Part shown: positions 39,138 to 48,156 of the stretch, one piece after another
Layout: each line of letters begins with the position of its first letter
How positions within the stretch are numbered: position 1 is the first letter of the stretch
IMG/VR virus record: IMGVR_UViG_3300028832_000109
Span: 1 to 64,000 of that record
Reading direction: 5' to 3' (one strand)
DNA length: 64,000 nucleotides
DNA from: a virus
Taxonomy: Duplodnaviria > Caudoviricetes
The notes under the pieces: model-generated
Told to the model about the DNA's origin: nothing
Databases searched by the model: none
Seen by the model: the letters and a program-made list of their open reading frames with translations, nothing else
Made by a program: the position numbers and the translations under genes

Positions 39138-39907
39138 GGCGTTATGTCGTCTATGGAAAGAGGATGCGCCATGAGATAGCGGCGCAGGTACGAGACTTCG
39201 CTGTCAAGAATTTCGGTGAATCCTTTCCCGTATTCCGGAAGAGGCCTAGGGTGGTCCATGTGCTTCACCGCATTGGCGCCCCGGGGCAGGTATGCCATCG
39301 GAACGCGATACGACCACGCCAGGTATCCCAGGTAGGCATCCTCGCCACCCCAGTGGCCGTCGAATGCCGGATTGAACAGGCGGTTGGCCTTGCGGACGGA
39401 AAGCATCGCGCGGCGCAGTAACCTGACGGCCGGCATGTTGAGACCGAGGTTGCATGACCACGTCGCGAGGCACTTGGTTACCCAGGCCGCGTTCTGTATT
39501 ACAGTACCGCGCGGCGAGAACATGTTCCACTGGCCGGCCTCGCCAATTTCCCTTGGGTCCTTCCACCCTAGCCCGCGTTCCAGCCTGCGGCCAATAGAAA
39601 CGACAGGAATCGAACGGAAAAGGGCAGACTCGTGGTCCTTTACCAGGTCATCCTGCGGGATGCAGTCCTCGTCGATGAAGAGCACGCCGTCGGCGAACCC
39701 ATACTTGTCGAGCACGTAGTCGATGCCAGCGTCCCGGGCGTAACCTGCCATGAACCCGTCGCCCTGCGCCACATCCACGTAGTCGTCAACCCCGTCGCAC
39801 TCGACCTTGCACCGGTCGCGCACCACGACGACGGTGGCATCGCCAAGTTTAGAGACGACCTCCTGCAGATGGTCGCCCCTGCGGCAGGGGATTATTGCAA
39901 CCAGCAT
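39134..39907 (-). CDS. GT2-family glycosyltransferase
   Basis: AIIPC, LFIDEDCIP (DxD), WSCNLG, FDGHWGGED, HMDH. Confidence 0.88.
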   Translation of the reverse strand: MLVAIIPCRRGDHLQEVVSKLGDATVVVVRDRCKVECDGVDDYVDVAQGDGFMAGYARDAGIDYVLDKYGFADGVLFIDEDCIPQDDLVKDHESALFRSIPVVSIGRRLERGLGWKDPREIGEAGQWNMFSPRGTVIQNAAWVTKCLATWSCNLGLNMPAVRLLRRAMLSVRKANRLFNPAFDGHWGGEDAYLGYLAWSYRVPMAYLPRGANAVKHMDHPRPLPEYGKGFTEILDSEVSYLRRYLMAHPLSIDDITP

Positions 39908-39908
39908 A

Positions 39909-40970
39909 TCATGCCTTGATTAGGCTTTCGACACGCTGCCTAAGGTCAAGGACCTTGTCGCCGTAGTGGGATATCAGGTCGCAATACTGGCTATGCAGCT
40001 TGATGTTCGTCTTGGTGGAGGGGATTTCCGACACGAACGTGTCGTACAGCGTGTTGACCGGCTCGGCCATGAACTTCCGGCATTCCCCGTCGAACGTTGT
40101 GACCGCCCAGCATGAATTTAACGGAGTGTAGTATATGCCTTCCCTCGCGTAACGTATTTCCGGAGGCATCTTCTCCTTGACGCACCACATCCGGGTACGG
40201 TCGAACTTGCCGGCGATGTAATCCAGGTACTGGTCTACACGGTTGTCCATCACGATTACCTTTCCCGGAATCGTACGGTCGGTTATGTACTTCCTGGCAG
40301 TCTCCCGCGTGATAGGGGTGACTGTGACGTTGAACATGTTCGTCAAGGCGGCACATATCTCGTGATAAGTGCGGTTCGGGCGGTAGTAGTATTCGTTGTA
40401 CGAGTCGTTGCAGAGCTCCTCGAGGGGGAACTCGTAGTCGAACCCGTGCATGGTGAGGTGCGAGAGCTGCGTTCCGCGCCACCGGGTCGTCTGCATCGCC
40501 TTGCAGAACGTATCGGCAAACTTCTGCGGCATCATTGCCTTGAATACGCTCACCAGCTTCGACGGAGGATTGGTCTTGTCCATGACGACGGCCTGTATCT
40601 CCGGCTTCTTGAACGCCTCCACGCACTCCTTCCATTCGGCATCGTCACAGAACGACTTCTTGCTGAGCGGGTACTGGATGACACCGTTGGTCGTGTTCTT
40701 GATTGCCACCTTGTCGAAGGGCATGTAGAAGAACCTTGGGTTCGGGTATTCCCTAAAAGTGAGCTCCCCCGCCTCGATGAGCCCGTGCATCAGGGTCTCG
40801 AGCACAGCCTTGTACCTTGAGGAAATGAGGTCGCCGTAGTCATCCAATGGCTGCGCGACCTTCGGGCCAGCCGTGACAAGCAGTTCCACGTCGTTCCCCT
40901 GCGTGGCCAGGCTCACCGCCTCCATGACGGCATCCATAGTATATCCGATGATGTAAACCTTGTCGCTCAT
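39909..40970 (-). CDS. degenerate UDP-galactopyranose mutase (Glf)-like protein
   Basis: KVYIIG...SLATQGNDVELL, QYPLS, RWRG, VDQYLDY..GKF follow the Glf layout, but the GxGxxG FAD motif is absent. Confidence 0.5.
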   Translation of the reverse strand: MSDKVYIIGYTMDAVMEAVSLATQGNDVELLVTAGPKVAQPLDDYGDLISSRYKAVLETLMHGLIEAGELTFREYPNPRFFYMPFDKVAIKNTTNGVIQYPLSKKSFCDDAEWKECVEAFKKPEIQAVVMDKTNPPSKLVSVFKAMMPQKFADTFCKAMQTTRWRGTQLSHLTMHGFDYEFPLEELCNDSYNEYYYRPNRTYHEICAALTNMFNVTVTPITRETARKYITDRTIPGKVIVMDNRVDQYLDYIAGKFDRTRMWCVKEKMPPEIRYAREGIYYTPLNSCWAVTTFDGECRKFMAEPVNTLYDTFVSEIPSTKTNIKLHSQYCDLISHYGDKVLDLRQRVESLIKA

Positions 40971-41398
40971 AATATGTGTGAATCCTTCTGAATAAACGGT
41001 AAAATCACCCTGTCGAGCCATTCCTCTCCGGGAAACTCGAATATCTCGTCAATAATCTTCCCCTCGCCGTCAGTGAATATGTTCACCGGGGCGAAATCGA
41101 TGTGCAGGTCGTCGAGGATGGAGCTGTGCTCGGCATCGTCATCGACCACTATTCGTACGGCGCGGCTCTGGTTTTCAAGGAGCCCGTGCTTCCCGAACCA
41201 ACCGTACATCTCTTCAAGGCCATGCTTGCATACGGGGCACTCCTTCTTCGCGTCGAAGAAGCTGAACACCCACATCACTACCCTGGGCGTACTGGGAACG
41301 TCCTTGTATGCGTCCATCCCGTACTTTACGAGGGTATTGCATAGTGGCCTGTAAATCCCGTCGATGAGAACGGGTTCGCCACAGCATGGCTTTGCCAT
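40967..41398 (-). CDS. thioredoxin-fold protein
   Basis: VFSFFDAKKECPVC...APVNIFTDGEGKI. Confidence 0.7.
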   Translation of the reverse strand: MAKPCCGEPVLIDGIYRPLCNTLVKYGMDAYKDVPSTPRVVMWVFSFFDAKKECPVCKHGLEEMYGWFGKHGLLENQSRAVRIVVDDDAEHSSILDDLHIDFAPVNIFTDGEGKIIDEIFEFPGEEWLDRVILPFIQKDSHIL

Positions 41399-41434
41399 CG
41401 TCGCGCCTCCTTTTGTAGTTAAAACTACAACAAT

Positions 41435-42043
41435 TCACTTTGCCGCGGGGGTGCGGAACAGGCCACGGGTATTATTCTCGTTGAAAATCATCCAGTTTAC
41501 GCCGTTCTCCTTGCACCACGCCTCTGCAGCCTCCCACTTGGCATAGTTGGTCGCCACGTCCAGACTTTTCCGCTGGTACGCGGCCATGCGCTTCTGGTAG
41601 CGGGCATGCTTCTCCGGGTCCTGGCATCCGGGAGGTGGCGGTTTTGGCGGTGTCGGAACCACCGAATAGGCGACCGGTTTGATTTCGATAAGCCATTTCT
41701 CGGTTCGCCCGTCAGTATAGCATATCTCAAGGTATACGTCAGGTCGGTACAGCGACTGCTTCATGAGGGCCGGCGAATAGTAGGATATGTCGAACGGCTC
41801 ATACGCCCATTTCGTCACCAACGGGTTCCCGTCGCACACCTTGAAGAATTCCATCTCCCAGCTAGACTTGTACTTGACGCGGTCAACGCCTTTCGTCATG
41901 TACCTCTCCGGGCGCGTAAGGATATAGTATCCCGAGCGGCAGTCCGTATAGTAGCTATGCTTCTTGCGTGCCCTCGTCGTCTTCCGCGAGCGCGGCTTTC
42001 TGCTATCCGGGGCATTCCCGTTATTTCCGGGGAGATTCGCCAT
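41435..42043 (-). CDS. head completion nuclease (T4 gp4-like, TnsA-type PD-(D/E)xK)
   Basis: YKSSWEMEF...DGNP.VTKWAYEP...YRPD...IEIKP...NYAKWEAAEAWC. Confidence 0.88.
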   Translation of the reverse strand: MANLPGNNGNAPDSRKPRSRKTTRARKKHSYYTDCRSGYYILTRPERYMTKGVDRVKYKSSWEMEFFKVCDGNPLVTKWAYEPFDISYYSPALMKQSLYRPDVYLEICYTDGRTEKWLIEIKPVAYSVVPTPPKPPPPGCQDPEKHARYQKRMAAYQRKSLDVATNYAKWEAAEAWCKENGVNWMIFNENNTRGLFRTPAAK

Positions 42044-42044
42044 A

Positions 42045-43913
42045 TCAACCAACGCTCGCGTACATACGGGCATAGTAGCCCGAAAGTGACTCGCCTTCCG
42101 ACGGGCCATCCCACTTGATGTCCATTATTTTCGCCACGCGCTCGCCATCGAAATCCGAATCTACCCAATAGTTCGACTGTCGGTCTTCCGGGACTGTGCG
42201 CGACGGGATTCTCGCCTTGGTCGTCGGGAAATTCGTAGTGTTTCCTCCCCCGTAGTTTCCGCCCATCTTCCCGACATTCTCGCGGGCATTCCGCAATTCA
42301 TCGACCGTATTCTCGCTTATCGCGTACTGGCCAGCAAAGCGAAGATACTGGTACCATTTCTCGACGAAGTATGTATCCTCGTCGCATCCGGCAGAGACGG
42401 AAAGGCCGATTGCCCGAATCAATTCGTCCTCGCGCTGGGTCAACGGGAGCTGCCCGACGTTGATGTCGTTTTCCCGGTCCGGGGAATCGCTGAACTGGGC
42501 GGCCATGAGTACGGGGTCGTGCCGCATCTCGATTGCCGCATCCCCGGACGCACCCGTGCGCATCTCCTTGGTGTGCCAGGTAACCGCGCCGGTTCCGTCA
42601 AGACCGTAGGTGACCTTGGCGAAGGCGACCCGGTTCTTCGCGCGGCTGTTGCAGGTGCGCAGCCGGTCGAGCAGGTCATCCCACAGCGACTGCATTTCCT
42701 TCGGGGACATGTCGGACGCCATGGCCGCATCCGCACGCATACAGCACTGGTAAATGTCCACCTCGTATGCACGGCGCCAGAAATCCCCGGTAAGACGCAT
42801 GTCCTCGTTGAACTTCTTCACTCGGTTCTTTATCCTCTCGGCGAGAGCGCGGCACGGATATTCGAGACAGTTGACCCACATCTTCATGCTTTCCATCATG
42901 TCGAGTATGCTCATCGTGTATACGGTCTTCCCATCCTTCACCTCTTTCGTGTAAATGAGGAGGCAATCCAGGTGTGTACGCCGCAGCGGTTCCACCATGA
43001 ACGTGACATCCCACTTCTTGCGGAGGAACGTGGCATAGGACTTGATGAGCATGCGGAACGGCTTTATGAATAGCATGAACATGCTGTCTATCGCGAGACT
43101 AATCGCGTCAAACATGATGACGATGTAGTTCTTGATATAGTCGTCAAGGATGGCAGTCAGCCCCGTCGCCAGATTGAGTCCGTCTATGAACCAGAACTTG
43201 TCCCTTATGCAGTGGAGCACGAGGTCAGGCTGGTCGGATATGTTGTTCCCATCGGAATCCTTGTCGCAACCAGTGACGAACGCGACGAAACGGCAGACGC
43301 AGGGGCAGTTCTCGAGGAATTCCTCAAACGCTCCCCACTCGAAGTTGAGCGAAAGTTTCAGCATCCCGGTAAGATATTTCTCAATCATGTCGTATACGTC
43401 TAGTATGCAGCGCAGCACGGAGTCGTTGAGCGACTGCAACGCGGCCTGCATGCTTTCCCTTGCCGTATCAATCTTGTCAAAAAGCGCGAAGGCGGACCTG
43501 GACAACATTTCGAGCCAGGCATCCACCATGCCGAACACGGTAACCACGGCGGAACACATCGACTGCGTGACGGAATTGTTCTGCACCATCTCGCCGACCG
43601 ATATCCCGGACGTTATCCCATTGAGCCGGTTCACTATGCTGTCTACACCGTTTCCTACCGTCTTCAATGACGGGCATACGCGGTACATCCATTCCAGCAA
43701 GTGCGTTGAACAGTCGTAATTGTAGAGAGCATCGGCGGTGTTTCCAACCTTCCCGGCCGCAGCTATCACGGCGTCAAGGAAATCCCCGTCGCCACCTCCC
43801 GGCAGCCCCGCGACTGCAAGGTCGCTGTCGCGCGTGACCCTCTTTCCCTCGCTTCCATCGCCACCGGCATAGGAGGCGCCGTTAATCACTTCCTCGCATG
43901 TCTTAACCGCCAT
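42045..43913 (-). CDS. Cys-rich helical hypothetical protein in the baseplate operon
   Basis: 622 aa, coupled to the flanking structural genes. Confidence 0.7.
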   Translation of the reverse strand: MAVKTCEEVINGASYAGGDGSEGKRVTRDSDLAVAGLPGGGDGDFLDAVIAAAGKVGNTADALYNYDCSTHLLEWMYRVCPSLKTVGNGVDSIVNRLNGITSGISVGEMVQNNSVTQSMCSAVVTVFGMVDAWLEMLSRSAFALFDKIDTARESMQAALQSLNDSVLRCILDVYDMIEKYLTGMLKLSLNFEWGAFEEFLENCPCVCRFVAFVTGCDKDSDGNNISDQPDLVLHCIRDKFWFIDGLNLATGLTAILDDYIKNYIVIMFDAISLAIDSMFMLFIKPFRMLIKSYATFLRKKWDVTFMVEPLRRTHLDCLLIYTKEVKDGKTVYTMSILDMMESMKMWVNCLEYPCRALAERIKNRVKKFNEDMRLTGDFWRRAYEVDIYQCCMRADAAMASDMSPKEMQSLWDDLLDRLRTCNSRAKNRVAFAKVTYGLDGTGAVTWHTKEMRTGASGDAAIEMRHDPVLMAAQFSDSPDRENDINVGQLPLTQREDELIRAIGLSVSAGCDEDTYFVEKWYQYLRFAGQYAISENTVDELRNARENVGKMGGNYGGGNTTNFPTTKARIPSRTVPEDRQSNYWVDSDFDGERVAKIMDIKWDGPSEGESLSGYYARMYASVG

Positions 43914-43914
43914 A

Positions 43915-45162
43915 TCAGTAACCTCCCTCGTACGTTTTCAACTTGAGGTACGTCACAAAACGGGTGTCTACAGGGGTAGGCGGCCGATAGGCTACAACGG
44001 TGACCTCGTCAACGTCCGAAGTACGCTTGATATGATTCACGATGTCCAGGAGCTTTCCTACCTGGTAGTCGTTCAGTTCTCCATTCCCGTAGAACATCAC
44101 GCCTATCGCGTCCAGGTTCGGCTTGCCCCGCATGTCGGCACCGAGGGTGCAGTCGTACGACACCTCGGCACACTGGATGAACCCGAGGTTCTTTGCCTGG
44201 GACGGGCTGCCCAGAGAGGAGAGCACATCGGGCTCCCCGTCGCCCAGCCCGACAAGGTAGTGCGCACAGTTCTTCGCGTTGTCGTCGGTATAGTTCGATA
44301 GGAATTCCGCGAGCGGGGACGCGCCCGTAGCCCCGACAATGATACGGCGGTTCCTCTTCCCGGCCCGGCGCTTCGCGGCCGGAGATTCCATGAAGGGTAT
44401 CTCGTAGGTGGAATCCTTCCCGTATATCTCCTTGGTAGGAAGGCCGTCTGTCTCCTCGTCCTTCACCGGCTTGGCAGTAACGACAGCGGCACTCCCGTTT
44501 CCACGAAGCGCATCAATCGTCGCGGAGGAAATGTGCGGGACGCGGAGGTATTCGGAACCCGCGCGGACACCGCTGGCCGGATTGCCTACCGGACGGCAGG
44601 TGAATATGTCTATCGTCTGCTCGGTGAGCACGGAAACCTGGTTTGCCGATTCCTCCGACGAGGCACTGTCCGCGGTAAGCGTCATCTCACCCGCGGCATT
44701 CCATGTGGCTTCTGAGCCGTTTCCCGGATTCTTCACTGTCGACGTGTGCGTGCGGCGGTTGTGCGTGTAGGTGTACCCGCTCTCGCCCATGTTGAGCACG
44801 GCGACGTCCGGGTACTCGGATACATACTTTTCCGGGAGGAACCCCTTGGTCTGGGAGACGCCGTAATACATCCCCTGGTTGATGTCGCCGTCTATGAACT
44901 TGACGAGCAGCCACTGCCCCTGCTGGGGAACCTGCTGCATGCCGGTAGTCAACTGCGGGGCGAACCACGGCTGGTCCTTGTCGGCCCACTTGTCCGTGAC
45001 GCCGCTGATTCTCGCCTGAACGCATCCGGCGCGGTTGGGGTCGACCGACGTGCCGACCACCTGGGCATAGTAATACTCGAACGTTAGGCGGCCCTTCTTC
45101 GCGGTACGCCCCGTATAGTCCGGGTGCCACTCGTGGTTGTTATTCGGCAGCGACTCCATCAT
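43915..45162 (-). CDS. baseplate spike (gp5-like OB fold) with a degenerate Amidase_2-like C-terminal domain
   Basis: VDPNRAGCVQARI...QPW...VPQQGQWLLVKFIDGDINQGMYYG. C-terminal RIIVGATG...AHYLVG...NLDAIGV...QVGKL. Confidence 0.8.
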   Translation of the reverse strand: MMESLPNNNHEWHPDYTGRTAKKGRLTFEYYYAQVVGTSVDPNRAGCVQARISGVTDKWADKDQPWFAPQLTTGMQQVPQQGQWLLVKFIDGDINQGMYYGVSQTKGFLPEKYVSEYPDVAVLNMGESGYTYTHNRRTHTSTVKNPGNGSEATWNAAGEMTLTADSASSEESANQVSVLTEQTIDIFTCRPVGNPASGVRAGSEYLRVPHISSATIDALRGNGSAAVVTAKPVKDEETDGLPTKEIYGKDSTYEIPFMESPAAKRRAGKRNRRIIVGATGASPLAEFLSNYTDDNAKNCAHYLVGLGDGEPDVLSSLGSPSQAKNLGFIQCAEVSYDCTLGADMRGKPNLDAIGVMFYGNGELNDYQVGKLLDIVNHIKRTSDVDEVTVVAYRPPTPVDTRFVTYLKLKTYEGGY

Positions 45163-46499
45163 TTCTTCTCCGAGTTACGTATGTCCTGTGTCATGGCATC
45201 GGCAACGGACATGACCGCCTTGAACTCCGCGCCTTCCGCCCCGGAATATCCGGCGTTGCTCACCATGACGAGTTCGGTCACCATATCCGTCGTGGTCGCC
45301 ATGCGGGCCTTTCCCAGCATGCCGGTGCCTACAGTGGCGTTCTTCGTTATAGTCTTCCCGACAACGATGTACTTGGCGGTATAGTTCTCGTCCGGCAGGA
45401 AGTCGCCCGACTTCACGCGAGGGGATGCGGCATAGAAATGTACGCAGGAACCTACGGGAGGTCCGGGATGGTTGTAAATCTTCAATCGGACGGTCTTGGA
45501 ATATTCGGAGAGCATGAAGCTTCGCACGAACGGGGCTATCGCGTAAGTCTTGTGCGTGTTCGACGGGAACGGCTTCACCACGAACTGCTGCCCGTACGCG
45601 GAATCCTCGAAGTATTCTTGCGAGGCGCCCATGGACGAAAGTACAGCCTGCCAGCACTCGTTGTTGCATACACCGGTATCCTTCGTGGTGCCGGACGCCG
45701 TGCTGTCTATCACCAGGTTGGGCGAGCGGGGTTCCCGGGTCTCCCCGGCATGGTCCGACGGCAAGTACCCGGAATAATACCAGATTCCAGTGTCCGAACC
45801 TTTCAGCTGCTGCATCGCAGAATCGGTAGTCGTCACGGAATCCGTCGTGAACATGAAGAAGTGTTTCTTCTTCGCAGCCTTCGACACGTTGAACGTTCCG
45901 ATGCGGAATCCCATGCGGCTGTCATCAAAAGCCCAGAAGAGAATGTCTCCCGGAATGGACGCGTGTTCCACGACGCCATCCAGGTGGTCCGAAATGCTTC
46001 CTTCCACGAACCGCCAAGTCATGTTGTCGCTGACACCGCCGTTGCCCTTGGCCGGAGAAACCTCGTCGACCACTTCCTCGCCGACGATGGAGAACAGTTT
46101 CGCCATCGCCTCGACGCTAGTCCCGTTGATTGCCACGGGCTCCATCACGCCGTGCAGCGCGTTGTCCCCCAGCAGGAAGCTGAGCGCTATGGAATCGGAG
46201 TCCTGCGAAATTTCGGTACGGACGGCAGATACCACGTAAATCGGAAGCTCGAAGGATTTCGTGCTGCTACCGAGCCCGGTAATAATCATCTTACCGTAGG
46301 TACCGCTTATCGGGTTAGCGGTAGAACCGGACGAACCAACTATGTTCGCCGTGCCGTACGGTAGGCTGTCAAGCGGTATGTTCATGACAAACGCGCTCAC
46401 GGACGCGTCGTTGTACACGACGGCATCGCCATCACCGTGTCCGGATACGGGAAGCGCGAAACTGACCGAATACCTCTCTCCTACCCTGGATTTTCCCAT
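45159..46499 (-). CDS. putative baseplate hub (gp27-like)
   Basis: Position between the gp53-like and gp5-like genes. HPGPPVGSCV...YTAKYIV C-terminal pattern. Confidence 0.55.
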   Translation of the reverse strand: MGKSRVGERYSVSFALPVSGHGDGDAVVYNDASVSAFVMNIPLDSLPYGTANIVGSSGSTANPISGTYGKMIITGLGSSTKSFELPIYVVSAVRTEISQDSDSIALSFLLGDNALHGVMEPVAINGTSVEAMAKLFSIVGEEVVDEVSPAKGNGGVSDNMTWRFVEGSISDHLDGVVEHASIPGDILFWAFDDSRMGFRIGTFNVSKAAKKKHFFMFTTDSVTTTDSAMQQLKGSDTGIWYYSGYLPSDHAGETREPRSPNLVIDSTASGTTKDTGVCNNECWQAVLSSMGASQEYFEDSAYGQQFVVKPFPSNTHKTYAIAPFVRSFMLSEYSKTVRLKIYNHPGPPVGSCVHFYAASPRVKSGDFLPDENYTAKYIVVGKTITKNATVGTGMLGKARMATTTDMVTELVMVSNAGYSGAEGAEFKAVMSVADAMTQDIRNSEKK

Positions 46500-46942
46500 C
46501 AGTCTTCCTCTTCAGCTTCGGCCAGCGTGTTGTAACGTTCGAGAAACGCGACCGAGGTGTTAGGCGACGGGATGAACAGTATCCTTCCCGGCGTCACGTC
46601 GGTGATGTTCCCGTTGGCCATGTCGTCGTATGCGAGCCAGTCCATCGAGCCCTGCACCCTGCGGTCATCAATCTCGTCGGCCACGTCCTGCACGTCGGCC
46701 GCCTTCACTCCACGTAAAACTAGCTCATTCTCCAATGCTTCCCGGGAAGGACGAATTCCAGGCCGGGTAGCGAACGCATCCACAATTCCGTTAGCCGCGG
46801 CGACAGCCTTGTACGCCCGCGGTTCGCCATACTTTTCCTGGACTATGAGGTCGAGACGGCCAGCAAGATAAGACGGCACCGTAATCGTGTCGACGTATTC
46901 GAACTGCTTGTTCCGCAGGCGCGGGAATTCTTCTTTCGCCAT
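46499..46942 (-). CDS. baseplate wedge LysM-like protein (gp53-like)
   Basis: GRLDLIVQEKYGEP..YKAVAAANGI...PGRILFIP. Confidence 0.75.
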   Translation of the reverse strand: MAKEEFPRLRNKQFEYVDTITVPSYLAGRLDLIVQEKYGEPRAYKAVAAANGIVDAFATRPGIRPSREALENELVLRGVKAADVQDVADEIDDRRVQGSMDWLAYDDMANGNITDVTPGRILFIPSPNTSVAFLERYNTLAEAEEED

Positions 46943-46953
46943 ATCCTACCTCG

Positions 46954-48153
46954 TCACTTCTTCAATTTAGGGTTCGACGTCGCTGAACCGGCCCCGGGGA
47001 CGGCCGCGCGTTTCCCGGACGCGAGCGGCTTGGAATCGGTAGGCTTCCCTGCAGGTCTAGTATTACCTGTAGCGGGAGCCGACGTGGACTGCGCGTTAGT
47101 GTAACCGATGTTGAACACGTCGTCGCCGAGCCAGCGAACAAATCCCTTGTTCGGGTCGGGAAGCATCCACATCGCGAACTGGATGTCCGCCGTCACGAAC
47201 AGCGGAATGTTCGTGCCGTCCGTCGTCATGAACTGCTCCTTGCTCCCGCTGACCTTGACGTTGGTAATCACAAGCGGCTCGATATCAAGGATGTGTCCCA
47301 TCGTCAGGCGAACCGGCATCGGGGCCACCGTGAGGGAACCACCGAAGAACTCGTTGATGTCTATTGCGGTATTCACCAGCTTGTCTATGCTGACCACGCT
47401 GTCCACAGCTTCCAGGCCTTCCGACATGAGGTTCATCGCACCGCCGACAACCGTATTGACGACACCGCCCTCCTCGCCGGGCTCGTTGAAACTGTTAAGC
47501 TGATTGGTGACCGCACTCAGCGCGTTGGCGACCTTGCGGGCATAATTCGTCCGCATGTTCGGGTCGAGGTTCCTCACATAGCACATTTTCAGGAGGCGCG
47601 TGATACCGACGCGGGCCTGCGCCTCCATCTCCGGCATGTACCAGCTGCACTTCACCGTCTTGTTAAAGGCAAACGAGGCCTTGCTGAACGTTTTCATCGT
47701 GCAGGAACCGGTGCTTATGTTGTCCAGCCCCATTGCCCGGGTAAGCGCCGTGCCTACCTTGGCGGCTCCGGCACCCCATGAAGCAAGTTTACCGATGCCA
47801 GGGAACTTGTTGAATTTCTGGGCCATGCCCTCAAAAGTGGCATCCTTGGATTCCACCCAGTTGGCCTGCAAGTCGAACCCGATGTCCCCATTGGCTGCCG
47901 GGTCGAAGAACCCGAGGAACGGCCGGTTTGCGTCGGGTGTCATTATGGAGTTGGCCAGCTCCTGCCGGAATCCGTCCATCATACTATGGAACTTTCCCAG
48001 ATACCTCGCCTTCACGTGCGGCGAAAGCACCTCAATGCGGACAATGTTCGGGTCCGGTAGAGCCGACGAGTGGTACTGCCGGTTTTCCGGGAGTCCCTTG
48101 TTGTCATGCTTCGGGAAAGGCTTGTACCTGGTTATCTTAGTCTTGTCGGCCAT
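46954..48153 (-). CDS. putative baseplate or tube-initiator protein
   Basis: PVRLTMG...LVITNVKVS...PLFVTADIQF. Follows the tape-measure-like gene. Confidence 0.55.
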   Translation of the reverse strand: MADKTKITRYKPFPKHDNKGLPENRQYHSSALPDPNIVRIEVLSPHVKARYLGKFHSMMDGFRQELANSIMTPDANRPFLGFFDPAANGDIGFDLQANWVESKDATFEGMAQKFNKFPGIGKLASWGAGAAKVGTALTRAMGLDNISTGSCTMKTFSKASFAFNKTVKCSWYMPEMEAQARVGITRLLKMCYVRNLDPNMRTNYARKVANALSAVTNQLNSFNEPGEEGGVVNTVVGGAMNLMSEGLEAVDSVVSIDKLVNTAIDINEFFGGSLTVAPMPVRLTMGHILDIEPLVITNVKVSGSKEQFMTTDGTNIPLFVTADIQFAMWMLPDPNKGFVRWLGDDVFNIGYTNAQSTSAPATGNTRPAGKPTDSKPLASGKRAAVPGAGSATSNPKLKK

Positions 48154-48156
48154 GCG

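Noticed and set aside
41435-42043. Tn7 TnsA transposase
   Set aside because: There are no tnsB/C genes or transposon ends. The motifs and context fit the T4 gp4-like head completion nuclease.
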